IMG/VR virus record: IMGVR_UViG_3300030103_003268
Span: 1-64,000 of that record
DNA from: a virus
Length of the DNA: 64,000 nucleotides
Direction: 5' to 3' (one strand)
A program made the position numbers and the translations under genes. Below, in pieces: positions 47,072-57,385 of the stretch (within the stretch, counting starts at the first letter, position 1; every line of letters starts with the position of its first letter). Under the pieces are notes generated by a model. The model had not been told where the DNA came from and made no database searches. It saw only the letters and a program-made list of their open reading frames with translations.

Positions 47072-50000
47072 GCTAAATCTTCCTCCACTAAATCAGTAAT
47101 TGTGATTGCTCCACCTGTAAATCCTAAAGCAGTAGTAAATCCTAACGCTGCTCCAAAGCCGAGAGTCCGACCTGCGCCTCCCGCACTTCTCTTCCGAACC
47201 AACAATTTAAGTTCTTTGGTGTCCACAGTATCAAGGAAATTAAAAGAGACTTCTTGCGTGTTTAAGTCGTTGCTTCTCAATGCTGCTTTTGTTTCTTTAC
47301 TTGAAATCAGCAGTTCAGAGAAAACATCGGAAAGGTCTTTACTGTATCGGCCAAGTTGTAGTTTGATAAAGCCTGTTAATTGGTGTTCCATTTCCAATAC
47401 AATAAATTCATTCATTTCAATGTTCTCTCTTGGGATAAACACATTTACAATATCACCGACTCGCAGTTGGCTTATTCCTTTGTTTTGCATAGTAAAGGAT
47501 AATTTTTGATTAAGACGAGAATGAATCTGTAAAAGGTTAGTAGCCTTTTTATCTACTTCTTCTTGAGTTAGTAAAGTGTTATCTACCACTTCTAATGTCT
47601 TTCGCCCTCTTTTTTGTATTGAGCGCAAGTCTTTGCGAATGGCTTTATGTGCATTTCCATATACATTAATTTCGTTAAAGAAATCAAAGAGAGTTGAAAC
47701 TTTATCAAATTCAGAAATTAAAAATTCTCCACTATCATCAATGGTGATATTCGTTCTTAAAGAATTTTCGCTTTCAGGGAAAATCTTAAACACATTGTTT
47801 TCCTCAACAAGTTTCATATTCTTTCTATCAAGAATATATCGTATTGCAGAATATAAATCTACACCTTGATAGTTGGGTGCTAAATACATCGGTGTGTCCG
47901 TTGAAGTAGTTGTAAATTCAATTCCTTCTTGCTCAAGTAATTCGTTGATAAGGTCTTCACCTTCAAGACCAATACTTACTGTTGAACCAATACAGGCTCT
48001 TGTTGGGTCAATTTTTAATTGCTCATTTGATGAAGCAGTAAAGGTTTCCGAAACAGAAACAACTCCTTTAGCATTAAACATTTCATTTAAAACTATGGAA
48101 TGTAATGTGCTTCTTATTGTTTTTGAAGAAGTTTGTATTCTTTTGGAATTTTTTCCATCAGAATAATACAGAGAATAATCTCCTGTTGGTAAAATATTAG
48201 TAAATTGCTCAGAGTCTTCAATTACAATTCCGTCATCTGTTGATTGTTTATCTAAATCAATGGCGACAAACATTGAAAGAACGCCTTCATCCCGATAAGA
48301 GTTATCTCCCGATTTATCATTTCCATCTTTATAGAAATAACTTTCTTTTTCGTCTATATACACTTCATTTTTATTTGCTTTTTTAGTGTATTCAGATTTT
48401 AATGTATTAAGGTGTAATTCTTTAGGCATGAAATCATAAAAGCAAGTTTCGTTAGGTTGAAGTATTCTATATGCTCCTGCGGCTAAAGCCCTATCTGTAA
48501 TTAAGTGATGCTCGTCAATATCGCCATTATTGACTTCATGCGAGACTACATGAATCAATTGAGAAACTCTTACCTCTTGCATACTCTTTGCTAAATCTTT
48601 TGTTCCAGTTGAAACAGAAGTTCCGACAATATCTCGGCCCGCTTCAGGAACAAGATAACATCCCGTCAAATCAATAAACTTTAAGAAACAATTATGTTTA
48701 TCACTAGTTGCTACATCAATAGCATTTTTGTGTAAATTGCCATTAGAAGAATTAATTGTTCCTGTCGTGAAATTGGCTGGAGTAGATGTTTGTAAAAATA
48801 ATCTTGGCTTAAAGACCATCATCGCCCCATCAGCAGTATATGGTCTTGAGGTGGTGTATGAAGTGCTAGTATCGCCTACATATTCAAAGCCCTTAAAATG
48901 AGCATCGCTTTGTAGAATAAGGTGTTCATCAGCATTAACTGTTATTTCCCCGACTCCTTTCAAAATCTGAGTAGTATTACCTTCTGCCAATTTAAATGCG
49001 CCCGCATCCTCAATTCCAAATCTATCTAAGACAACACCAATTAGACCATTATATGGCTTACCATGAATATTTGAAAAATAGTGTCCTAATGGTCTTATTG
49101 GAAATGTATCTGCACTAGAAGATAGTGTTGAATAGTTTCCAGATTCAAATGCAATAGGCAAAACAATTTCTGTATCTACTGGAATAGAAAGAACAGTTGC
49201 CCCTGAACCAGTATCATTTGCTACTGCGGCGGCATCTGCTGGATTAGAAACAGCAGTAGCATCGCTCCCATATCCGCTTGTTTCAGGAATAACGCAACAT
49301 TTAAGTGGATGGAACTTAAATCTATCCAATTGATGAAAAGAATCTTTTTCATTTCTTCCTTTCAAAAATGTTCCTGTTAATCCAGTTATTACAATAGCCT
49401 TTGAAGCCGCAGAACCATTATTAGTCAATATTCCAGCAGAAGTAAGTGTGTGGGCAGTTCCAGTAGATGTTCCTGATTTTGCTCCTATAAATTGTCCCTT
49501 TTCATCAAAAATATTAGTAGTATCATTAATTGTGACTGAGGTTGTAAAGTTAATGGTTGTTCCACTAATGCTAGCAATATTTCCTATTACCGTAATTGAA
49601 GAACCTGTCAAACTTACAACGCTAGCAAGGCTTTCAGGAATTCTCTTAGGAATTTCTTTTTCAGGATTTACTGGATTAAAAAGAAAATCTACACATAGTT
49701 CTGTAAGTCTCATCAATCCAAATCTCTTGAGTTTAGATAAATCAGTTTCGCTAGAAAATGACAGCGTTTGGAATTTTTCATCTTTTAATAATTGTCTTTT
49801 TCCAGACTCTAATGTAGAGTCTCCTACATTTTTATTATCAATTAAAAATAAATTATAGTTATTTAAAGTTTTAGACATACTTCCGCCTATTGAGTGCATT
49901 AAACTATCTTTTCTTAGACTACTATAAGGTAAAATATCACTATTTACATATAAAAATAACCTAGCGACTGATTCATCTATATGAATATATCTAGCATATT

Positions 50001-53000
50001 TTTCTAAAGTCCCAAATGCACCACCAATAACAGTATAGTAATAATTTACTGATTCATTAGCACTAGTAAATATTCTTGTGTTGTTTAAATTAGAACCAAA
50101 GGGGCTATGATAGCCTCTTTCATCGGGAGGTAAAACCCTATAAGAACTATCTGTCTTATTAGCATTGTTGATATTAGATGAACCAGTGTTGGGTTTAAAT
50201 CTATAAGAACTGGCATAAGTGTTTAGTTGAGATTTTCTAGGATAAAAACTAGGAAAACGAGAGTTAGACTTTTTAATAAGAGGATTGTTTAATGTAAAAT
50301 TACCAAAACCGATTTCTCTAGTTTTATAGTATGGTTGTCCAAAACGACTAGTGTTATCTCCTGCAACAGTTGTGCTTTCTACATTTAGTGGAACTGAGCC
50401 GCTAGCCCTTACTGTGGGATGAGGACGAGTTAAAATTTTACCTCCCCATAAGTGGGAGCCATTGACTAAAAGTAAATCACTAACTGGTTTGTCAATTTTA
50501 TGTATGGTTTCACTAACAGAAAAATTATGTATAGTTCTATCTAAATAGATTCTAACTAGCACAGAAGAGGTTGTCTTAACTAATTTATCAAAAACTAAAC
50601 CAACGAATGTTTTATTTGCACCAACAAACAAAGCATCTCCTATTTCTAAAGTGTAGGCATTTGCATTAGCAATATCAAAAAAGTTATCATTTGTAGAACT
50701 ATCAACAGCACTTACTGTTCCTACTTCTGTAAATGTAAAATCACTAGTATCTGTAAAATAATTTGTTTTTCTACCCAAAGTGATAGGAATATACGGGGCT
50801 AATTCAATTTCTGTAATATTGTCTTTCTTTGAAGTAGAAACAACTTCAAAATCAATTAAAGTATTTACAGTATCAAAGGATGATTCTCCTGCACTACCAT
50901 GTTCGTCCTTTAATTTTGATTGAAAAGCAAAGTCATTTGAAATAGATGATGGCTTATGAATTGCATATCCAATTGCGCCAGCACTTGCATTTGCACTACT
51001 TGAAACCAAAGAGTCGCTTTCAACACCGCTTGACATTGTGATTTTGTTTCCTGATGTAAAAATTAATCCTTTATTAGCGGCTCCTGTAAGAGAAGAGGGT
51101 TTGCTTGTAGCAAGATGGGATGAACCAAGTGCCTTTGAGAGAATGTAATTCTTTTCTGACTCTTTGTAAATTTTATCTCCTGCTGAAACGCTAGTAAGTA
51201 GTCCCGTTGATATATTTATTTGTTGTAATACACTAGAGCCTCCACCAGAATAATCACTAAAAGAAGTTATTTCTCCTAAAAAGCCATTTTCTACAAATAT
51301 TTTATCACCTGCAACTAAAGGTGAATCAAAACCCTCGGCAATCATTTCTGTTTTTATAAAGGTTGAACCAACAGAACTTGCTAAAACCGAACCTGCGGGA
51401 ACAGCAGATTGTAATTTATTATATGGACTATTACTAGAATAAATAATATCTTCACTAAACAAAGTATTTAGATTTACAATAGGAGAAAGTAATTTGCTAA
51501 ACTTGTCTCTACCCTGAATTTCCATAATAGTCTGCCCATTCTCCTTTCTATTTTCAATATTTTCAACTTCGCCGTTAAATCTTTCAATAAAGATTTGATA
51601 TTGTCCTTTAGTAAAACTTAACGGGTTAGTATGATATGAGTCTGTATCAAATGATAAAGTAATCATTCCTTTTGTGGCATCACAAGCAGTAATAGTAGCA
51701 AATCTTTCATTATGATTTAATGATGTAAAAGAGACATACATCTTGCTAAACCTACCATTTAGTAGTGAAATATCAAGCATAAGTGTCCCGTCAGTTGCGT
51801 TATATGCTCGCCTGTTAAGCACATCTCCGCTTGTTGGGGTCGTGGACTGTGCGGCGAAAACCCCGTCGTTCTCCGTTCTTACATAGGGGTGTGTGGATGA
51901 TTGGAAGGTTATCTCTTGGGTTGTTCCCGACAAGCCAGCAATAGACTGAACAATTAAAATATTATCTCCTAACTTGACCTCATCTCCTGCATTTAGAACA
52001 TCATCTAAATTATATTGAGTATTGAAAGAAAATACTGCATTAGAAGTCTTTGAACTATATGTTGCGGCTAAAGGAAAAAATTCGTTCATATCACCACGAT
52101 GAATATTATGTCGCACACGGTATGCGTCAAATTCTTTCACCTTTCTCGGCATAATTCTGCCGTTATCAATAATAGATGTCTCTGCAAACCCACCCTTTCC
52201 ATCAATTGATTCTGTATTTGTGTGGTCATAAATATTGTAAAGAAGATTAGATTTAGTCGGTGAAAAATCATAACTTAGGTATCGTAGGGGGCCGGTGAAT
52301 GTAGGAGTAGAAATAACATCGTCTGCGATTCTTCTTGCATTAATGTGGCTTTGCTGATAATTTGTTGTATCCTCCACAATTGTTCCTCCTTCATTATAGG
52401 TGCAATTTATGGATTGTGCCGCATCCAAATCTCTTAGTTTATCAGTCAATTTTATCTTGTATGAGAATCTGCTGTAATCTACAACAGACTTACCAAAGTC
52501 TTGCATCGTAGTAAAAACTTTACAATTATCTGCATTTGATAGTGTATAACTGTTGGCTGTGCCGCTTTCCCTCATAGCGTAAAACTTGCGATTATGGTTC
52601 AACTCATTGGGCTTATCCAAACTATCATTATAGAAATAAAATAGCGGTCTTGCCACTGCCATTCTTCTCCACAATTCTCCTTCAAAATCATTTGATGAAG
52701 AACCTAAACTATCATCTTGGAGCATGCCCATTGAGACAGCAACAATGCTTCCATTCTTGGTCATTTGGAAAATAATGAACTTGGTATCTTTTGGGATTTC
52801 ATTTCCTAACTTCGGTTCAAATTCAAAAGCATCACCATATTCGTCTTCTGTTAAAACCTCAGTAATTTTAGCAAAGTGATGTTGGTATGGAGTGTCCGAA
52901 TAAAGCAAAACAAAATAATCATTATCTGTTAAGTTAGTAGCAGTAGGGTTAAATCTAATCCCTGTCGTGGTCAATGAATCATAGCATTTGATTCTAAATC

Positions 53001-53175
53001 CCTTCGTTGTATTTAGATTAGAATTTTCTGTAATGGTTCCTCCCCAACCAGTAATCGCAACAGAAGTGTCTTCTGTTGTAATTGCAGTATATATTCTATG
53101 CCCGTCTGTTGGGCTACTGTCCTTCAAATAAGGATTTGTTGGGGCATTAAAAATGTCATCTAATGTCAAAGCCAT
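47068..53175 (-). CDS. Large (2035 aa) tail tip/hub structural protein
   Basis: Beta-rich; C-terminal SIQKRG...LRVGDIV hub-like motifs; position in the tail module. Confidence 0.75.
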   Translation of the reverse strand: MALTLDDIFNAPTNPYLKDSSPTDGHRIYTAITTEDTSVAITGWGGTITENSNLNTTKGFRIKCYDSLTTTGIRFNPTATNLTDNDYFVLLYSDTPYQHHFAKITEVLTEDEYGDAFEFEPKLGNEIPKDTKFIIFQMTKNGSIVAVSMGMLQDDSLGSSSNDFEGELWRRMAVARPLFYFYNDSLDKPNELNHNRKFYAMRESGTANSYTLSNADNCKVFTTMQDFGKSVVDYSRFSYKIKLTDKLRDLDAAQSINCTYNEGGTIVEDTTNYQQSHINARRIADDVISTPTFTGPLRYLSYDFSPTKSNLLYNIYDHTNTESIDGKGGFAETSIIDNGRIMPRKVKEFDAYRVRHNIHRGDMNEFFPLAATYSSKTSNAVFSFNTQYNLDDVLNAGDEVKLGDNILIVQSIAGLSGTTQEITFQSSTHPYVRTENDGVFAAQSTTPTSGDVLNRRAYNATDGTLMLDISLLNGRFSKMYVSFTSLNHNERFATITACDATKGMITLSFDTDSYHTNPLSFTKGQYQIFIERFNGEVENIENRKENGQTIMEIQGRDKFSKLLSPIVNLNTLFSEDIIYSSNSPYNKLQSAVPAGSVLASSVGSTFIKTEMIAEGFDSPLVAGDKIFVENGFLGEITSFSDYSGGGSSVLQQINISTGLLTSVSAGDKIYKESEKNYILSKALGSSHLATSKPSSLTGAANKGLIFTSGNKITMSSGVESDSLVSSSANASAGAIGYAIHKPSSISNDFAFQSKLKDEHGSAGESSFDTVNTLIDFEVVSTSKKDNITEIELAPYIPITLGRKTNYFTDTSDFTFTEVGTVSAVDSSTNDNFFDIANANAYTLEIGDALFVGANKTFVGLVFDKLVKTTSSVLVRIYLDRTIHNFSVSETIHKIDKPVSDLLLVNGSHLWGGKILTRPHPTVRASGSVPLNVESTTVAGDNTSRFGQPYYKTREIGFGNFTLNNPLIKKSNSRFPSFYPRKSQLNTYASSYRFKPNTGSSNINNANKTDSSYRVLPPDERGYHSPFGSNLNNTRIFTSANESVNYYYTVIGGAFGTLEKYARYIHIDESVARLFLYVNSDILPYSSLRKDSLMHSIGGSMSKTLNNYNLFLIDNKNVGDSTLESGKRQLLKDEKFQTLSFSSETDLSKLKRFGLMRLTELCVDFLFNPVNPEKEIPKRIPESLASVVSLTGSSITVIGNIASISGTTINFTTSVTINDTTNIFDEKGQFIGAKSGTSTGTAHTLTSAGILTNNGSAASKAIVITGLTGTFLKGRNEKDSFHQLDRFKFHPLKCCVIPETSGYGSDATAVSNPADAAAVANDTGSGATVLSIPVDTEIVLPIAFESGNYSTLSSSADTFPIRPLGHYFSNIHGKPYNGLIGVVLDRFGIEDAGAFKLAEGNTTQILKGVGEITVNADEHLILQSDAHFKGFEYVGDTSTSYTTSRPYTADGAMMVFKPRLFLQTSTPANFTTGTINSSNGNLHKNAIDVATSDKHNCFLKFIDLTGCYLVPEAGRDIVGTSVSTGTKDLAKSMQEVRVSQLIHVVSHEVNNGDIDEHHLITDRALAAGAYRILQPNETCFYDFMPKELHLNTLKSEYTKKANKNEVYIDEKESYFYKDGNDKSGDNSYRDEGVLSMFVAIDLDKQSTDDGIVIEDSEQFTNILPTGDYSLYYSDGKNSKRIQTSSKTIRSTLHSIVLNEMFNAKGVVSVSETFTASSNEQLKIDPTRACIGSTVSIGLEGEDLINELLEQEGIEFTTTSTDTPMYLAPNYQGVDLYSAIRYILDRKNMKLVEENNVFKIFPESENSLRTNITIDDSGEFLISEFDKVSTLFDFFNEINVYGNAHKAIRKDLRSIQKRGRKTLEVVDNTLLTQEEVDKKATNLLQIHSRLNQKLSFTMQNKGISQLRVGDIVNVFIPRENIEMNEFIVLEMEHQLTGFIKLQLGRYSKDLSDVFSELLISSKETKAALRSNDLNTQEVSFNFLDTVDTKELKLLVRKRSAGGAGRTLGFGAALGFTTALGFTGGAITITDLVEEDLA

Positions 53176-54338
53176 TAATCATCCACCTCCTCAAATCGTA
53201 AATATAAAACAGTATTATTTAAATTAGGCATCAAGTTATTAATTGCACTAAATTCAGTTTTTTTAATATTCATGATACTTAACTCATGTAATTCTCCCAT
53301 GAATTGATTATTTGTAGTGGCCGAATTAGCCCCTGTTGCACCTCCACCATTCGCACCAATATAGAAATCTTCTCCTTCCATTGTAAAAGAATCCGTTTGA
53401 GTATGCGTTCCTGTTTTAACTATTCTTCCGTTAAAAAAGACTAGTGCCTCTTTATTTTCATTATCCCAAGAACAAGCAATATGATAAGTATTGTTTATGT
53501 AAGAAGGCTCAAAGAAATCATTATGTATAAATATTTCACTACCTGAAGGAACAGAAATAGAAGGGTCAGCCTTCAATGTTAGGCTAGTCCCATTTGCTGA
53601 ATGCACAAGACCAAAAGAAGTAAAATTAAATCCATCTCTAATAAATACTTCTTTACCATCAAAAACATATGTATTCGCATTTGATAGATTAGCGACCTTA
53701 CTAGAAAAGGCACTTGTAGTAGAACCAATTGATTTATATTTTACCTTTCCGTCTTCTTCAAAGCCCTTTTCTACAAAAGAATCATATTGGTTTCCAAGAT
53801 TAGGAATAATCACCGCATCGCTCGTAAAGTATTCCATTGAAGCAGTTCCTAATTTAATTCCTACTTTAATTTTGTATCTTGCTGGATTATTCTCATTGTG
53901 TAAAGTATCATTTACTAAACTCACTTGAAAGTTGGTGCTATGAAAAATTCTCATTTCATGTGTAATTCTACTGGCTCTTGGTAAATATAATTCACTTTGA
54001 AAATTATTTTCTTCCGTAGCAGTAAAAACTGCTTGACTTAATCCAGGCATTATTTTCTTATTATGTGCATCAAAAGAATGACCACTACCAATAGGGGCCT
54101 GATTAATATTTGATGGCTTACTGATAGAACCTGCTGTTCTGTAAGTCCCGTAGCCGTTAATTTCATATGGTGTTAAAACACACTCAAAGGTAAAATTATT
54201 ATCTAAATTCCAAAGACCATAGGGAATACCTGTTCCAGTTGAAGCAATATTATCTGTATAATCTAAGGTCAAAAAACCATTACACATAATTGGAAAAACA
54301 AGAGAGCGTTGTTTTCCTGTAAAAATAGCATATGACAT
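53175..54338 (-). CDS. Tail protein with a LamG/ConA-like domain
   Basis: FTFEC, YHIACSWD, FFNG, FYIG, FMGELHEL. Confidence 0.75.
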   Translation of the reverse strand: MSYAIFTGKQRSLVFPIMCNGFLTLDYTDNIASTGTGIPYGLWNLDNNFTFECVLTPYEINGYGTYRTAGSISKPSNINQAPIGSGHSFDAHNKKIMPGLSQAVFTATEENNFQSELYLPRASRITHEMRIFHSTNFQVSLVNDTLHNENNPARYKIKVGIKLGTASMEYFTSDAVIIPNLGNQYDSFVEKGFEEDGKVKYKSIGSTTSAFSSKVANLSNANTYVFDGKEVFIRDGFNFTSFGLVHSANGTSLTLKADPSISVPSGSEIFIHNDFFEPSYINNTYHIACSWDNENKEALVFFNGRIVKTGTHTQTDSFTMEGEDFYIGANGGGATGANSATTNNQFMGELHELSIMNIKKTEFSAINNLMPNLNNTVLYLRFEEVDD

Positions 54339-54347
54339 AATAAAACC

Positions 54348-54962
54348 TCAAGGAAGAACATTGGCTACGACAAATTCTAAAGAAAACGAAACATCAATAC
54401 TTTCACCTGTCATCTCATAAGAAAAACTTTGAATAAACCCGCTTAGTCCCTTTGATGTGGAAGAGGTAGGAAATGAAAATGAACCAACTACATTTGTATT
54501 ATCCTTTTCTAAAGCATTTCCTCTTGCTCTAAAGGTTAAAGGAATTTGGACTGTGCTTGCTCTTGCTGCATAATTTTCATCAACCTTTGAATCTATTAAA
54601 ACAACTAATTGATTAATTGCTTGATAAGAAGCCAGACCTGTTGAATCAACACCAGATGCAATCATTTGAGCCACTTCTTGCGCTGTAAAAGTTAGGTTAG
54701 TCGCACTTCCGCCTGATTTAGTGTGGCTTCTTCTTATTTCTGTATCAACAATAATTCCATTTAATGAAATTCTTTTATTAGACATTCCTAAATCTAAAGC
54801 AACGGTAGTAGATTCTCCTGTTGCTAAACCGCTTAAAGGAACAGGAATAGCAGGAATCGTTTTATCAACCGAAACACTTACGCTATTTACCTTCAATGGA
54901 ATAGTATCAATTGTTGCACTACTACCGCTATGCTTTTGTAATTTTAGATATACATAACTCAT
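54348..54962 (-). CDS. Distal tail-like protein
   Basis: Immediately downstream of the tape measure gene. Confidence 0.6.
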   Translation of the reverse strand: MSYVYLKLQKHSGSSATIDTIPLKVNSVSVSVDKTIPAIPVPLSGLATGESTTVALDLGMSNKRISLNGIIVDTEIRRSHTKSGGSATNLTFTAQEVAQMIASGVDSTGLASYQAINQLVVLIDSKVDENYAARASTVQIPLTFRARGNALEKDNTNVVGSFSFPTSSTSKGLSGFIQSFSYEMTGESIDVSFSLEFVVANVLP

Positions 54963-54967
54963 TTTAA

Positions 54968-56638
54968 TCACCTAAATGTGCTTGAAGAAGTGCTTCTGTT
55001 AATTTTGGAATTAATCATGCGACCAATTTCATCTGCCATTCTACGCATTTCTGCCTTTGAAGAATCTTTTGCATTAACAGTAATGTTGAAGTTATTTACA
55101 ACAGATTTTCCTCCAACCATCTTTTTGCTATCTCGGTTGGAATGAACTCTTGCTCCTCTCGGCAAATTTACCAATTCTGGGCCTTTTTCGCCAACAACAG
55201 TTAATCCTCCTTGAGCGATACCTCCGTTAGCCATAAAGGGTATTTTATCTGTAATTGTTCTCATAAATCTATACATTATAACTCCAAGCAGACCCGCTAA
55301 CCAAACAGGCGCACCCATAATGAAAGCACCCACTAGAACAATAAAACCAGCAACTCCCGCAATATATCCTATTTTTTCCGAAAAATTACTTCCTACACCT
55401 CTAAGGTAGTCTGTAAATCTTATCCATCCTTGTTTAAAGAATTCTACAAATATCCCACCTATGAATAATAGACCTGCTCCAATAATTCCAACTGCTACAC
55501 CGATAATACCAACAGCAATTTTAATCATACCATCTATAACATCAGATAGGTTTCCATCACCGAAAAAGCCATTCCATATATCAGTAATCCCTGACCAAAT
55601 CATAGAAATTGAACCCATTATTACTTGACCTGCTAATTTTATTGCTGGTAATGCTTCTTTAAATGCCGCTATCAATGTTTTTCCAATTGTCTTGTATAAG
55701 ATATAAAAGACGGTTAGGGTCAGAGTCATATATATTGTAGCCTTTAAGAAAAATTGAAGAGCCTTCAAAAAGAAACGAGCAATATTTTTTGGCTGTAATG
55801 CTGTGAATACATTATTCATCGCTAAAATCGCCCTGCCTATTTTGGTTTTTTCTAATATTTTATTTCTTCTTCTTTCCATGTCATAGGTTCTTTTTTGCTG
55901 CTTTTTAAGTAGGGTTTTTAAGTAGTCAGGTTGTTTGCCTTTCGCTTCTAATTTTCTAATTGATACTAGTAGGTCTTTTTCATCTTTTTTTGATTGTTTT
56001 ATTTTTCTTGTTCTTTCAAAATCTTTACCTACTACTTTTGTTATTCCGCCCAACCCTTTCTTAAAATCACCTAAAGTCATTTTAGGTAATTTGGCAAGAC
56101 CGACCATTCCAGCCGCAAGAGTAGAAAATAGGCTACTGCTCTCTTTATTTGCGCCCGAAGCACTATCTCTAACGGCTCTTACTGCACTTCCCATACCATT
56201 GAAAGCAGTTGCCACTTTATTGACTAATCTAAACATTCCAGGCGGTAAAAACCCATACATAAATCTTCTAGCAGAAGCGGCCTCAAAACCAAGTAATCTA
56301 ACCTCTTCTTTTGTTGAAGTCATAAAAGTAGCAAGGTATTCTAAGGTTGTTCCTCCCGCTTTTCTATAATCTCTAAGGCTTTTTATGCCAAAAGTTAGCA
56401 TATCATTATTTAGTTTTAAAGTTGTATTAAGAATTTTAGTTCTCTTTTTTAACCCTTCTTCGTCCTGAACTGTTTCTCTTAATTCTTGTTTATTTAATTT
56501 CTTAAGTTTTAATGCTTCCTCTTGAGTTTTATTTAAATTATCATAATATTTTTTCATAGACGCTAACGCCTTATTCATTTCATTTAATGAATCTGTTAAG
56601 GTATTAGTTTCTTGAGTCAAAACGGTGACATTACTCAT
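54968..56638 (-). CDS. Tape measure protein
   Basis: Helical and hydrophobic segments; C-terminal MANGG...VGEKGPELV motif; follows the chaperone gene. Confidence 0.85.
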   Translation of the reverse strand: MSNVTVLTQETNTLTDSLNEMNKALASMKKYYDNLNKTQEEALKLKKLNKQELRETVQDEEGLKKRTKILNTTLKLNNDMLTFGIKSLRDYRKAGGTTLEYLATFMTSTKEEVRLLGFEAASARRFMYGFLPPGMFRLVNKVATAFNGMGSAVRAVRDSASGANKESSSLFSTLAAGMVGLAKLPKMTLGDFKKGLGGITKVVGKDFERTRKIKQSKKDEKDLLVSIRKLEAKGKQPDYLKTLLKKQQKRTYDMERRRNKILEKTKIGRAILAMNNVFTALQPKNIARFFLKALQFFLKATIYMTLTLTVFYILYKTIGKTLIAAFKEALPAIKLAGQVIMGSISMIWSGITDIWNGFFGDGNLSDVIDGMIKIAVGIIGVAVGIIGAGLLFIGGIFVEFFKQGWIRFTDYLRGVGSNFSEKIGYIAGVAGFIVLVGAFIMGAPVWLAGLLGVIMYRFMRTITDKIPFMANGGIAQGGLTVVGEKGPELVNLPRGARVHSNRDSKKMVGGKSVVNNFNITVNAKDSSKAEMRRMADEIGRMINSKINRSTSSSTFR

Positions 56639-56643
56639 ATCTA

Positions 56644-56873
56644 TCACATTCCTTTCATATTAGATTTAGATTGTTTTTCTATCTTATCCATCTCTTCTTT
56701 TTCTAATTCCATCATAACTTTATGAACTGACAATAAATCTATAACAAGAGAACTCGGCATTTTATAGATTTCTAACGGGCTTATTGCTAATGCTTTCGCT
56801 AAAGTATAAACGATAATCAAGGAAATATCTTCAGGGGAACCTTGTCTTCCCTTGAATACCCCCTTTAGTCTTC
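56644..56873 (-). CDS. -1 frameshift extension of the tail assembly chaperone (gpT-like)
   Basis: Open -1 frame after the A AAA AAC slippery site: RRLKGVFKGRQGSPEDISLIIVYTLAKALAISPLEIYKMPSS... Confidence 0.75.
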
Positions 56874-57242
56874 GTTTTTTTCTTCATCCTCCTCTAACGC
56901 CGAAAACGGGTTTGGGAGAATTTCTTTCAACTGATTGCCGATATACGGCGTGAGTCGTAAAATGTCAATCGCAGAAAGACTTGGTTCAGTCTTTACTACG
57001 AAATTTTCAACCATGAATCTAAACATAGCGTTTAGGTCTAACTCCATGTCTTGACGCTTTGCATCAATCTTCATCATGGCGTTCATGGCCTTATCAACCT
57101 CAAGCCATGTGGGTTCTTTTACCCAGACTTTGAGGTATTCTTCTTTCTCAGGTGCTACACGAATATAGTGTAGTTTTGGCTCGGTTAGTGCAAATAGCAC
57201 ACTCTTATCTGATACAATTTTTTTGTTCAACATTTTATCCAC
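56865..57242 (-). CDS. Tail assembly chaperone (gpG-like)
   Basis: Between the tail tube and tape measure genes; slippery heptamer near its end. Confidence 0.8.
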   Translation of the reverse strand: MDKMLNKKIVSDKSVLFALTEPKLHYIRVAPEKEEYLKVWVKEPTWLEVDKAMNAMMKIDAKRQDMELDLNAMFRFMVENFVVKTEPSLSAIDILRLTPYIGNQLKEILPNPFSALEEDEEKNED

Positions 57243-57282
57243 CTTTTATACCAACAAACAAACAAACGGTGTTGGTGGAATA

Positions 57283-57381
57283 TTATTCTGCTAACTTAGA
57301 TTTTTTAGTAGTCTCTTTCTTAACCTTCTTTTTCTTAGATGCTTCTCTAATCAAGCGACCTTTTTCTGCTTTGGAAACCAT
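57283..57381 (-). CDS. 32-aa Lys-rich microprotein
   Basis: Manual translation MVSKAEKGRLIREASKKKKVKKETTKKSKLAE; GGTGA RBS. Confidence 0.55.
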   Translation of the reverse strand: MVSKAEKGRLIREASKKKKVKKETTKKSKLAE

Positions 57382-57385
57382 TTAA

